This document shows positions 1 through 13,199 of a DNA stretch of 64,000 nt, piece after piece (the first letter of the stretch is position 1; each line of letters opens with the position of its first letter). This DNA comes from Octopus sinensis (lineage: Eukaryota). Under the pieces are notes generated by a model. It saw only the letters and a program-made list of their open reading frames with translations. It was not told where the DNA came from and did not search any database. A program made the translations under genes and the position numbers. The stretch is taken from positions 32,364,001-32,428,000 of the forward strand of contig NC_043003.1 in the NCBI RefSeq assembly GCF_006345805.1, read 5' to 3'.

Positions 1-150
1 TGAGAAAGTGATGGACAGATAAAGATAGAGAAAGCGAGGAGTCGTTGATGGAGAGAAAATAACCGATTGAGACAAATAGAGAAAATCTATGAGACATAGA
101 TTAAAGACAGACATTGATAGAGATGTAGATCGGTTAAAGACGGAGAAATG

Positions 151-200
<50 letters not shown>

Positions 201-415
201 GTGTGTGTGTTTGTGGAAGTGGAGAAAGATTCAGCTAGTGAGGAAAACACAGGCAGTAAGACAGGGGGATTGACAGATAGGAGGAAGATAGAGGGAGAGA
301 GAGAGAGAAAGTGATACGAAGAAAGAAGCATAAAGGAGAGAGACCTTGACAGCGCGATGGGGAGAAGAAGAAACTGAGGACGCTTTTGTGTCAAAGTGTT
401 GAAAGCTTCCATATT
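1..415 (-). repeat. Purine-rich low-complexity tract with (GA)n/(GT)n; pyrimidine-rich on the minus strand like the PLE-associated internal segments elsewhere in the window
   Basis: (GA)n at about 166-197 followed by (GT)n; composition resembles the reverse complement of 10210-10450 and 42860-43130. Confidence 0.5.
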
Positions 416-838
416 TTATATCACAAACCAAACAAACATCGCTAAAGAAATATAAGCAAAATATTCTAACAAAATATTGATGCACAGAATGAAATGGGAA
501 GTGAGGAGTCATCATTATATTCGCTGTTAACGTATTTATAAATTTAATTTGATTATATACAGAAAAATAGCAAAATTAATTAAAATTTTATGGTACATAA
601 TTTAGCATTGTCACTCTTGTTCCTGCACCTGTAATGGTTGTCATTGACGTTGCCAATGTTGGTTTTCTTGTTGTTATTGTAGATTATGGGGTTAATCTTA
701 TTAATGTAATGTTATTAAGGTCGAGGTTAAAGTTTCATGGAATATTGAATTTTAAATTTGTACTTGCTCCTATTTTGTTATAATTTTCCCTCGATGAAAT
801 GCAACGTATTTTTTCTTAAGGCAATGTATTGTACTGTA

Positions 839-930
839 AATGGATAAAACATTCAACCTGCTGACACATTCACCTACCTCGGCAGCATTCTTTCATCAAC
901 AGGAAACATCAGCACAATCTCAAAAGAAGG
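839..930 (+). mobile_element. RTE/CR1-like LINE reverse transcriptase C-terminal fragment
   Basis: Translates NG*NIQPADTFTYLGSILSSTGNIST, matching the 'V(D/E)xFxYLGS' thumb motif of non-LTR RTs. Confidence 0.6.
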
Positions 931-1989
931 ATCTCAGAACCCATTACTGTCATTAGCAGACATCGGAAAATGCAGACCAATCAACCTCATATTTATGCAG
1001 ACCAATCACCCTCAAATATAGTGAATGTCTATTGCGCAACGCTTCTTACAATCCACTTACATGTCTAGATATTTTATAGGATATTACAAGGATGATTCAG
1101 AGATACTTTTACATAGAGTGTCTTTGCATAGTTCTGCACATTCGTTGGAAGAAATCCATTGACACCGAAGTACTTCAGTAAAACTGAATATGGATGTGGC
1201 AGCTCAAGAGAGTTCAATCAGTTTGAGAACGCCTTGGGAAGATGGTCAGTCCGTATTAGCGGCAGGCAAGATCATCCTATCACAAATGACTTCACTAAGT
1301 ACAAATTTGTTAGTAAAAGTGCGATATCGGGAGACAAATAGAGTATTCAAGAAGAGTATAAATGTAATTCCAAAAGACTCCAATCAGCATTGTTGATTCA
1401 TGAGACCTGCTTTCCTAATACCGACAAATTCCACAATCTAATTCATCCTAATGAGTTGGGAGTAAAAGACTCTACATTGAGTCTTGATGGAAGAATATAT
1501 TGTAAAACAGCAGATTTTTCAAATATGAACTCCATATTAGACCTTATAGAGTAGATCTATGATCAAATTATCCAATTCTGATTTCCTTTCAAGATATCAA
1601 TACACGATTTGTGGAAGGGAAATTTAGCTCCTACTTCCTTCTGAGGGTGGAGCCCATATGGACTGGAATGAATGGCAAGAAGTACAGCTCAGCTGTTTTT
1701 TTTTTCATTTGCGAACATTGTAGTACCAATGTATAAATAGTATGAGAATGTGTATTTTTAATTCTAACATTTCCATGTTATACATTTTCTCAATAGTTTT
1801 ACTTGGGGAGCTTAGTTTGTGTAGAAAAATATATAACAAAGTGAACCTTGTTATATTGCCATTGTAATATATGTTACTTCCGTTTCTGTTTCAACTACTG
1901 CTGCTACTTCTAGTGTAGCATTTGTTTGTATCCCAATTATAAAAGCGCTTTGAAGGACACTAAAACTATTATATTCATTTTCTGCAAGA

Positions 1990-2680
1990 ATATTTTTCTC
2001 TTCAAACTTTTCTAGAATTGCTTGTCAAAATTGATTATAATTGCATTGGCTGGTGTCGTTTATGACACTGAAGCACATATTTTGGAAACAAGCATAATTT
2101 CTAGACGAATCAATATGTCTTAAGATTTTCCCATTAATGATGATAATGATAATAAATTTAAAAACGAAAATCACTTCTTATTTTGCCACTAGAGAGAAAT
2201 TACGAAGTCGTTGGAAAATACACAAAACTGTCGGTGAAAAAGAGGCAGACAGCAGACATGATAAACAATGATATAGGGAGAAATGAAAAGTTCCAGTAGG
2301 AAAACAGTTACCTTGCATTACTGCTAGACCGTGGATTTCTCAAACTTTTTCATAATCCTGATTCAAACATTCCCGTAGAAAGTATTACTTCAGTGAAACT
2401 TCATCGATATCTGAGTCTCCACAAGAAAATCATAATTCTTTTAAATACTAACGGCTTCATCATAATATTTTGCAACGGTGGTTTGGCCGAAGACCATTAC
2501 CAATGTACGCCAACTTGCTTAGCTAAGTCTTGGCAGGTGTGTACTGCATTCTAGCACCAAAGCACGTCCAGGAATGTTAGTGATGGCCCATAACTATTCA
2601 AATGTTAGAATTTCACACAATTCATTAGACTTTGGTTGTGTAAAATGAGAGCACACTCTTCTACGATCTGACTGTCTTGT
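1990..2680 (-). mobile_element. Highly degenerate hAT (BED-finger type) transposase remnant
   Basis: Minus-strand frames give, in the expected order, RVCSHFT..LCEI (BED-like), FKRIMIFLWRLRY, YFLRECLNQDYEKV and KICASVS*TTPANA, with many stops and frameshifts. Confidence 0.45.
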
Positions 2681-3741
2681 CAAATTTCCCTTTAGATACC
2701 TGCTGCTAGGTTACTCTTCACATATAATTCTGAAGTTGCTGAGTATTTTACAGGCACATGTTTCCTTATTATTATCCACACTGAGAAACAGTGTGGAAAA
2801 TAATGTTACATAAGAGGACATTTAAATTAATATCAGTCAGGCAGGCTACGAAGCATTTTCTGTATACCGATTGCATATACTTTGGATCAATTCGAGGTTA
2901 TCTTAAAATACATTTTCCCCAAGATGTTACGCGGTATGATCGAAAGAAGAACGTCATGATTAAGTTCAAGTGAAATTGTTAAACATTCGTCTGTGTGTGT
3001 TTGTCCGACCTCACTCCAAACTGTGCTTACGTTGACATTTCTTGAAAGCCAGTACTTTGTTCTTATATTCCGCAGTTATGTGGTTCAACAAATAGACGTG
3101 AAGGAAACAGGTAGCAGACTTAAGCATAACTATTCGGAACGATTTGATCGGCTATAACTTGTTCAAGGTTGTATCGTTGTAGCCACAATATTTGGATCGA
3201 AACGAATAAAAGAATACAAGAATAACAGACATTAAAAAGAACGAAAAATTACAAATACACGAAATAATTAAGTGAAAGAAATTGGTTTCAGCAATGAATT
3301 AGTCAGGAGCCGCCGATGCAGACTGAAATTTAAATTTCTAAAGGACTTATAAAAAAAAGCATACTAAAACTTAATCGCTTCGTCTATTCTGGCTGGTTGT
3401 GATAGCTTCTACTTCTATTAATAAATTAATTTATAACTGTAGCAATATCATTTCTTATTGTAATTAGGCTCGTATATCGTAACTTCATTCAATTTCTTTT
3501 TTATTTTATTTTAGTTCCATGTACATTTATATTTTACTGTGGAAGCTTTTTTTTCGTTTCGATATAATTAAATGCAGTTGTCAAAGTTAGGAAGTGATGT
3601 GTCAATTAACTGATGGGAAGAAATACTGTCTCGCATAATTAGGATTCCAACAATATATTGCTAAAAGGAAAGGAACAATTTTCGGTGACAGTTGCAACTA
3701 AGTAAAATGCTCATTTATGTTTCAGTTAAAGTTAAAGTCTA

Positions 3742-3777
<36 letters not shown>

Positions 3778-5549
3778 GATGCTTCTGTTTTTTCAGTAGC
3801 TTAGGAAAAATGTTAGGTGATCGCTAGCTATATCCAAATCGCAACTATTGAACGGAGTATGGAATATATATTCTGCAAATACTCAGAACCGCCATATTGA
3901 TTTCTTAGATAGACTCGCTACATTTTTCTTCAACAATATTAAAATAAGTTCTTTCCCGAAGGAATTACTAACATACCTGAAGATGGCTTCCTATGCGAAT
4001 AAAAACCAGATTGTCATATTAGTTTGTCTGGAAATTACTTCTGCTCTATGTCACTCACCATCTTAGCATTCATACATTGTTAATGAAAAATGTGTGTTAA
4101 AGACACATGTATCATTGAGTTCCACATGAGCAATTCATTCGATCATATATTGATTTCTAACGAAATTCGTTTAACTCATTATAATAATGTTATTCGAAAA
4201 CTACGAGTATAGGTGAAGCACATATCTGATTGGAAACGCTGCTATTAAACCCACAATGATAAAAAGGAGTTTTCTTTTGTGAAATTAAGATACGTACATT
4301 TGTGATACGTATATGAGACGCAATAATTGAATTAACCCATGTCACTCTAGTGTTTTATGTTACTGTAACACATTAGAGAGTTAGATCAGCACTCTAGCAT
4401 GAAAGCAATTACTCGTTTAGTATGTTACTAGAATACATTCTATTAACTCACTACAGACGAGTGAAAAAGGTCATAGTTCGCAAGATTTATATTTAGAATA
4501 CATGAGACTTGAATAACACAAGTCACTCAAGTGTTGCTATTATTCCGGTACACACGGGAGTTCGATCAGTACTGCAACCTTTAATATTTTTCAAGAAATA
4601 TAAAAACAAATAGTTGAGTAATGTTTTATTTCTTCCAAATTAAAAACACCGTCAATATCGGATTTGTATTGGAATTTAGAATATTGTTCTAGTTGGAGAC
4701 TTCAGTTTACACGCCTCAGTTCATCGTTACGTTATGATTAGTTAGCATTAATATTCCTTCCTCTACATGAGCCGCTTATCCGTAGGAGTTCACCACTGAC
4801 TGCTGTAAAATTTCGAGCAAATCATTGATTTTATGAGTTACTGTTTCTCTTTTGCAGCAGCATAAAAAACTCATTAAAAATTTCTATTGATTAGGTGTAC
4901 TAGGAATTTTATAAAAAAAATACATAATCAATTCATATGAGAGCTGCATTTTAGTGGTGCTTATCTGAACATACCAATGTTTCAATACAAATCTAACCGT
5001 TTCCAGAATTCTGATCCGAAAAAGGATATATGGAAACGGTTACAATCAGGAAATTCGATCTCGCAATATGTATTGTCATATCCTTCGTTTACAACAATTA
5101 CTTCTCACATTAAATGAAGGAACCGGTAGGCAATCACCCGTTAGAAGTAGCAGCCAAATTTGCCTCAAATAGCAATCTACCCCTCTCAAAATCAAAGTTA
5201 GTAGTCCTTGTTGCATTATTTGTAATCTAACAAACAGGACGGTCATGGTAAGAATGTCTCTGAACATAGCTCCGTGTGGCCAGTTACAATCATTTTTGTG
5301 GGGGTAAGTGGCAGTGAATGATTTCATTCTTTTTCTGAATTGTATAATCAGGGCATACCCTTCAATGCCACCCTCCTCCACCATTTTAGAGTCGAGTGTC
5401 ACAGTTCTGATGTTTTTTTTCTTCATGTAGATTAAACCAGTCACGCACAATTCAGTTTTGCTCTCATACGAAATGTAAAAAATTTTCGACCCTGTTGATA
5501 ATCGAATCGCATTTCTACAGGTCACAGTTTGTAGGAGTTCTTACTCGGT

Positions 5550-5610
<61 letters not shown>

Positions 5611-5629
5611 CATCATTATTATTATCATT

Positions 5630-6187
5630 GAGCGAGATAGTAGTACATGACATGAAAGTGACACTGGGGTAAAATATACGAAGCCTAGTATATCCATCAT
5701 GACTAACCATTTGATGAGGGTGCACCAGTAACATGCATCACAAACATAAGTGCGCGACATAGGGATCTCATATGAAAATAAATAGGGCATGACCTTTCAG
5801 GTGGTGCCCAGTTAGAATTTTCTTCAGAATGTGTATCCTATCCCGCTCGAAAGTTCCCTGAATAAGGACTGTTTAAGGATGATGAAGAAAGCACCTCTGT
5901 TTTCAGAGGTGAATTATCCAAACCCCAAATAATTCTTCTCAACACATGGCTATGATGCTCCCCCACTACTTTTGCTCGTGATCAGAGATGCACAAATTGT
6001 CAGCCACTAAGGGACATGCTCAACTAGTTAAGGTCAAACAACTGACAAGCAAATCTGTGGTATTGAGCAGAATATTTGCTGTCGCCCATCTTTTATACCA
6101 AGACAAAACAATGTACATGATAACACTTCGAATCAGTTAAGATCAGAAGCCATGAGAGCCACTGCCTGGTACTGCATCAGGGCATTT
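5630..6187 (-). mobile_element. About 560-bp interspersed repeat embedded in (ATT)n, copy 1 of a tandem pair
   Basis: Near-identical to 6275-6829; flanked on both sides by (ATT)n; no ORF; strand inferred from the (AAT)n tail orientation. Confidence 0.7.
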
Positions 6188-6197
6188 ATTATTATTA

Positions 6198-6274
<77 letters not shown>

Positions 6275-6829
6275 GAGCGAGATAGTAGTACATGACATGA
6301 AAGTGACACTGGGGTAAAATATACGAAGCCTAGTATATCCATCATGACTAACCATTTGATGAGGGTGCACCAGTAACATGCATCACAAACATAAGTGCGC
6401 GACATAGGGATCTCATATGAAAATAAATAGCGCATGACCTTGCCGGTGGTGAGTTAGAATTTTCTTCAGAATGTGTATCCTATCCCGCTCGAAAGTTCCC
6501 TGAATAAGGACTGTTTAAGGATGATGAAGAAAGCACCTCTGTTTTCAGAGGTGAATTATCCAAACCCCAAATAATTCTTCTCAACACATGGCTATGATGC
6601 TCCCCCACTACTTTTGCTCGTGATCAGAGATGCACAAATTGTCAGCCACTAAGGGACATGCTCAACTGGTTAAGGTCAAACAACTGATAAGCAAATCTGT
6701 GGTATTGAGCAGAATATTTGCTGTCGCCCATCTTTTATACCAAGACAAAACAATGTACATGATAACACTTCGAATCAGTTAAGATCAGAAGCCATGAGAG
6801 CCACTGCCTGGTACTGCATCAGGGCATTT
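6275..6829 (-). mobile_element. About 560-bp interspersed repeat embedded in (ATT)n, copy 2
   Basis: Direct repeat of 5630-6187 at an offset of 645 bp, with only a few substitutions and one small indel. Confidence 0.7.
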
Positions 6830-6842
6830 ATTATTATTATCA

Positions 6843-6907
<65 letters not shown>

Positions 6908-6908
6908 G

Positions 6909-6978
<70 letters not shown>

Positions 6979-6993
6979 CAGCAGCAGCAGCAA
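6830..6993. repeat. Compound trinucleotide microsatellite (ATT)n-(GGT)n-(AGT)n-(AGC)n
   Basis: Directly visible. Confidence 0.95.
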
Positions 6994-8544
6994 TTAATGA
7001 TGTTGCTGTCCTTATTCTTTTTAGCTTCATATCAATTCCTATCGGGCCAAATAGGGTAAAAAACACTCTATCCCAAACTGTCTGACCTTAATGCATCCTT
7101 GCTTATATGAGACGGTAGACTGTTAATTTGAATAGATTTAAAATTATTTCTATCAGATCAAGAGCTCGTAAAAGGAATCCTTCATTAGTCAGATGCCAAA
7201 GGCAAGGTATTCATACCACGGTGGTTGGTGTCATACAATAGACCCTTGAAACGCGACAAAGCGCGAGTTGTGTACGCAGAATTCCTTTTAATAAGTTTGT
7301 TTCACAATCATGGCACCTAATGGGATCTTTGTTCGATGATCTCACTACATAGTATCTTGAATACGGGTGTCTTAATATTGCCTCAGGTCAAATCTAGACG
7401 TGTAAATTTGGTTAGATGAATCTGTACGAAATGGGTTGGAAAGTCTTCAGCCGTAATTTAATGATTAAACAACCATGTCACACATTCTGTCATCTTAATT
7501 CTCCTCTTAGAGGACGTTGTGTCTATAGAACGCTCAGTCGCTTACACGCTAAATCAACGAGCAGGTAGTTCAACAGATCATACAATCGAATAAACTTCAT
7601 CAAAAGCGATGGCCAACCATTTACTTATAATCTGTCGAGCTTAGTTGAAAAGCAATTGATAAAGCACCAATATTTGGGAAGCAAAGATTGTTTGCGAATT
7701 ATATATGAGCTGTGTTTTGAATAGGTTTCATGAAAGTTGCCAAATCGCCGGTTAGCGAATAAATACTTGCTGCTTAGAACGGTTACTTATATAACAACTG
7801 TAATGCCTAGTTTAAGAACAGATTATTTCTGAAATACTGTCATGTGTGACTATTGGAAATTAATTATGTCTTCCTTATCACCTTTTAGTATTATATGTAC
7901 TCTTTGTATTCCTCAACATAAACACACACACACACACATATATATAGTTCAAAATTTTCAGAAAATTTAGGAGTTGCTAAAGTGTCTATCACTAGACTTA
8001 ACATGGCATCGATTCAATTTCCAGTGTAGAAAAATAGAGTGACGGAAATAATGATATTGATTTAAATTTCAACTGAAATTATTTTAAATTTAAAACGTTT
8101 AAACAAACAATCAGAATATTTGAATATAATATGCTTCAATGAATTTGTTGGGTTCTTTTGCAATAAAATAGTTAACTCATGCTCAACACATACTTTGAGA
8201 TGTTTTGATGTTTTCGTATATAGAAACACAGACATACAGATGTACGCATTTATACACACACCCTCGTACACACACACATATATATGTATGTATATATGTA
8301 TGAATGTATGTTGGTGTGCGTATATGTGTGCATGCTTTTATGTATGTATGTAATTATGTATATATATATCAACTTTTACAAGAGAAATGTTGGCTGTGGT
8401 TTCTAACTTATCACTCTGGCTGATGTAGATGAGCAAACCGAATCTTCAAATTCACTGTTTTCCTTTTCTTTTTAAAATCAATAAATGTCCCCATAATCAT
8501 CCCTTTAGCTGAATACCAACATATTATAATATATAATAAATGCG

Positions 8545-8787
8545 CCCTTTTAAAGCCTAGCCAGGCTCATGGGCCCGGTTTGCCGGTTTCTATGGCGTAT
8601 GTGTTCCCCAGCAGGACGTGACGCCAGTCCATCGCAGCGTTACACATTTTTGCCAGCTGAGAGCACTGGAAAACGTGAAATGAAGTGTTTCACTCAAGAA
8701 CACAACGCGTCACCCGGTCCAGGAATCGAAACCACAATCTTAGGATCATGGTTCTGACTCCCTAACCACTATGCCACGCGTCTCCAC
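8545..8787 (-). mobile_element. tRNA-derived SINE (family 3)
   Basis: Minus strand starts GTGGAGACGCGTGGCATAGTGG (A box) ... GGTTTCGATTCC (B box) followed by TTGTGTTCTTGAG; related copy at 29600-29797. Confidence 0.8.
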
Positions 8788-9749
8788 ATTATAATAAGTA
8801 TATACTTGACATAAATAAATATACATTGATAAACGCGCACGTGTGTGTGTGCGTGTGTGCGTGCGTGTGTTTGTGTGTGTGGGTGTGTGTGTGTGTAGTG
8901 GTGTGACTGCATATGTACGTTCACACATTCTATTGATTCTTAAGTGCGAATTTGTATGAGTCTCATTAGATACAAAAAGCGCTCTCAGGTTATAAGAATT
9001 AGTTGCATACTCATATATGCATATGCTATTATTTATGGAAGGCAGTAATTATTTTACAAACTTTTCACTAGATAGCACATAATGTATTCTGTTGTACCAG
9101 CGTTAAAATCAGCAGTAACGAAAGTATGTAATTATGGTATTCAGTACAATTAGAATTTTCTGTAGATGCATGAACAGAATCTTCTATCCACCGAATATGT
9201 TGAACACTTGATAAACACACAGAGACACACATATAGATATTTACACGCTGGTGTGCTTGTGTCATACAAAATTTCAATAATTTCAAGTGCATTTATAAAC
9301 TCTCTAATATGTATGTCTAACTATATGTTTCGGCAGGTGTTTTAAAACGAAGAGAGCGATGCGTCATGAATATTCGTACAGGGTGACTGCTGTTTGATCG
9401 GTGTTCTGTTAAGGTGCTTCATTCGGGAGTCATAATAGGCAAGCCGTGGCGACTTTCAGGAATATTAATGCTTTCAATTGGACTATTGTATTGTGACCAT
9501 GCATATGCTCGTCCTTATCAGCCTTATCAGCTACGTGACAACACTAACATGGCAGTTTACAGATATGAGAATAAATGAATTAGAGCTTGTGTATGTAGAG
9601 ATCCGTGTGTAGATAAACTAAATATATGTACGTATGTACGTGTTTGTATGCATGTATGTTTGTATGTACTATCTGTGCGCATATTTATTTATCTATGTCT
9701 ACATGCATGCATGGATGAATGTATGTACGTACGTATGTACATAGTGATT

Positions 9750-10072
9750 TCCGCGTTCGCCACCACAACGTCGTTTAGGTTTAGCAGCTCTTCCTCTTTG
9801 TGTTACCAATTTTGACCCTCCGCAAAATCCCAAATTTTATTTAATTTGCTTTGTGGGAGCAACTGTTTAATCAAAAGCATATATTGTTGTTAAATCCTCG
9901 AAATACTAGAGTTGAAAAACAGCCAACAACTGATGAAGGGTCATTATTTATGTTGTTTGTCTTGTTTTCCATTTGTGTCTTTCGTTGTTCGAAAAATAGT
10001 TCATATTCCATGTACTCATACTTCGTATTTTTTCTCGTTCACGTTCCGTGACGTCCAGTCCAGATATGTATA
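9750..10072 (+). mobile_element. Penelope-like terminal repeat (pLTR-like), copy A, with a rearranged HHR-like motif
   Basis: Diverged direct repeat of 10460-10800 and related to 51700-51940; ends in (AT)n; contains CTGATGA at 9930-9936. Confidence 0.55.
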
Positions 10073-10079
10073 TTATATA

Positions 10080-10148
<69 letters not shown>

Positions 10149-10459
10149 CGTATAGATGTATGTACATATACGTATATATGTATATGTGTAATATTTATAT
10201 TATTATATGATTGAGCGTCACGCATCTTATTCCAAGTAAGTTTTATCTTAATTCTAATGTGCACTCTATACGATCTTTTTACACTTTCATTTTTCTCTCT
10301 TTCTCTCTCTAAATCTTTTACCTCCTCTTCTCCCACTATTTTGCCCTATTACTCTGTCACTCTCTGTCACTCACTCCTCCTCCCTTGCTCTCGTGGCTTA
10401 CACGTGACCATCGGCCACCTTTCTTTCTCCTCCTAACTTGTTATAGCTGGAACAAGTCT

Positions 10460-10800
10460 GATTTACGCGTTCATCACCACAACCTCATTTAGGCTTAGCA
10501 CCCCTTCCTGTTTCTTTTCACTGTCCTGTCTATCTTACCAATTTTGACCCTCCGCAAAATTTCAAATTTCATTTCATTTTCTTTGAGGGAGCAACTGTTT
10601 CATCGAAAGCGTATATTGTTGGTAAATGCCCAAAAATACGAGAGTAGAAAAACAGCCAACAACCGATGAAGGGTCGTTCTTTATGTTGTTTGTCTTGTTT
10701 TCCGTTTGTGTCTTTCATTGTTCGAAAAAATAGTTCATATTGTATATACTCGTACTCGGACTTTTCGTTTCGAGAGGTCCTGTACCCGTATATGTATATA
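10460..10800 (+). mobile_element. Penelope-like terminal repeat (pLTR-like), copy B
   Basis: Homologous to 9750-10072; preceded by a pyrimidine-rich segment (10210-10450) and followed by (AT)n. Confidence 0.55.
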
Positions 10801-10811
10801 TGCACATATAT

Positions 10812-10890
<79 letters not shown>

Positions 10891-10896
10891 TATACC

Positions 10897-11140
10897 GGAG
10901 TAAAGACATAAATGTGAAACAAGGTGGAAAAAAGAGTACTCAAATACCAGGGGTAGAGTAATATGCTTTATTTAAAAGCACCAGAAATTCAACAAAACTG
11001 TTACTCGGAGTTTCACGTTCCCGTTCGTCGGGCAGTTTTGTTATAATAGAACCGAACAAAACTGTCCAACGAACGGGAAGTGAAACTCCGAGTAACAGGT
11101 TTTGTTGAATTTTTGCTGCTTTTAAATAAAGCATATTACT
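10897..11140. mobile_element. Inverted pair of short PLE-like terminal repeats forming a hairpin, with a minimal HHR-like motif in each arm
   Basis: Arms 10957-11042 and 11055-11140 are reverse complements around a 12-nt loop; the minus-strand copy continues to (AT)n at about 10897. Confidence 0.65.
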
Positions 11141-11180
11141 TAGTAATAAGTGTATATATATATTATATATATATATAATA

Positions 11181-11215
<35 letters not shown>

Positions 11216-11913
11216 AAGTACATTCCAACATAAGACCTATCGGAAAAAGGGGACTTAATTAGATCCGCTTCAATTTTAGTAAGTGGAAAGAAAGATAGGA
11301 AAGCAGACGGAGAGAAGGATCCGTGGTGGAAGGAGGATGGAAGGCGATATTAAATCCTTGCGCATACATCTGAGTCACATAGAAGAATAGTCCAAAGGGC
11401 AATGGAAACATACTAAAGAAGGTATGAGGACATATCTTAGAATAATTGACAGACAGTACAAACCTCCGGTAGACACAGTATCTTCAATCTACAATATCAG
11501 GTGAGACTTCTTCAATCCCCACCACAAACTACTCAAAAAGGGTTCTTAATACGTATCTGATAATGTCAACAGCAATTAAGACTCATTTTGACCTTTGTGT
11601 CCAACTGATTTATCTACAAATATTTTTTTTTTATGTGAAGCCTAAAACATAACGAGAACCAAAGCTCCAAAGAAAAATATCCCGACCTAAATTTCACACA
11701 TCTCTTTACATCATTACTTTCACTGCTGACTAACCCTATTCAATAATAATATTTCCACATCACACCAAAATGTACATATCCTCACTATAATTCCTTTTAA
11801 TTAACATCCTACAAACACACGTTTCCCCGCACCACAATTTATCCCTATCCTTATAGGCGCAGGCGCTATCTGTGTATAAAAAGCTCCCACATTTTTTTAA
11901 CCTAATTTTTGAC

Positions 11914-12071
11914 CGCTGTGTGGTAAGTAGCCTGCTTACCAACCACATAGTCCCGGGTTCAGTCCCACTGCGTGGTACCTTGGGCAAGTGTCTTCTACTA
12001 TAGCCTCGGGCTGACCAAAGCCATGTGAGTGGATTTGGGAGACAGAAACTGGAAGAAGCCCGACGTATATG

Positions 12072-12151
<80 letters not shown>

Positions 12152-12376
12152 GTGTCTGTGTATGTTTGTGTGTCTTGTTGTTCCTCCAGCATCGCTTGAC
12201 AACCGATGGTGGTGTATTTACGTCCCCGTAAGTTAGCGGTTCGGCAAAAGAGTCCGATAAAATAAGTACTAGGCTTACGAAGAATAAGCTCTTGGGTCGA
12301 TTTGCTCGACTATAAAGGCGGTGCTCCAGCGTGGCCGCAGTTAAACGACTGAAACAAGTAAAAGAGTAAAAAAGAG
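11914..12376 (+). mobile_element. tRNA-derived SINE (family 1), full length
   Basis: GCTGTGTGGTAAG...GGGTTCAGTCCC tRNA-like head, internal (AT)/(GT) tract, tail ending CTGAAACAAGTAAAAGAGTAAAA. Confidence 0.85.
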
Positions 12377-12571
12377 GGTAAACTACTTTCCTCGCATACA
12401 ATACACTCATGTAGCTCCACTGACAATCCCCTAGAAAACAACTTAATAAAGTTATATAAAGCCAAAACATAATTTAATACAGCACGGTTTGATGTAAATA
12501 AGGAATATGAAATTTTGAAGCCGTTGCTGATGTTTTCCTTGTTTGCATACATACATACATTTACACACACA

Positions 12572-12650
<79 letters not shown>

Positions 12651-13199
12651 TCATACATATTTACATATGTATATAGAGAAGAAAAATGACAGATGACAGA
12701 CAGGTTATTAGATATATAAGTAGAAAGCTAGCTAGCTTTTTAGGAAAATGTTATTTTATTATTATTATCAAAAGCAATTCATTTAAGAGTTTCCTTGTTT
12801 AACAGGAAATTTTTGTTAAAAAATTTACGAAGTAATAAAAAGGTACAGAAAAATATGCATTATCATACACAAACGCAAAACCATACACACATACACACAC
12901 ACACACGTTAGCGAAGAGAGATATTGAATTGTCAAACAGAATGTCAACAATCAAAAAAAGAAAAAAAGTAATATAAAGACGCAACACACTCAGCTTCTTC
13001 CACTTAAATGCCATATCCTTTTAGTATTTCATATCCTTTTAGGTTTCGTATCCCATTATTCCAATGCAATGTTAACCCATTTCCGATTTGTAGCGGCGAA
13101 ATTATTAATAGTCGCGCATATCTCAGGTGGTCGCTTGCGAATATAAATAACCCAGCATTTGGCAAACAGTGAATGGAGAACGAAAATGTTGAGTGGAAG

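Noticed and set aside
5076-5525. 149-aa minus-strand ORF
   Set aside because: No recognisable domain, overlaps degenerate repeat-like sequence and has no supporting splice structure.
5780-5830. Minus-strand CTGAAGA...GAAA-GGTC resembling an HHR
   Set aside because: No stem I or stem II pairing, and the tandem copy at about 6430-6470 lacks GAAA.
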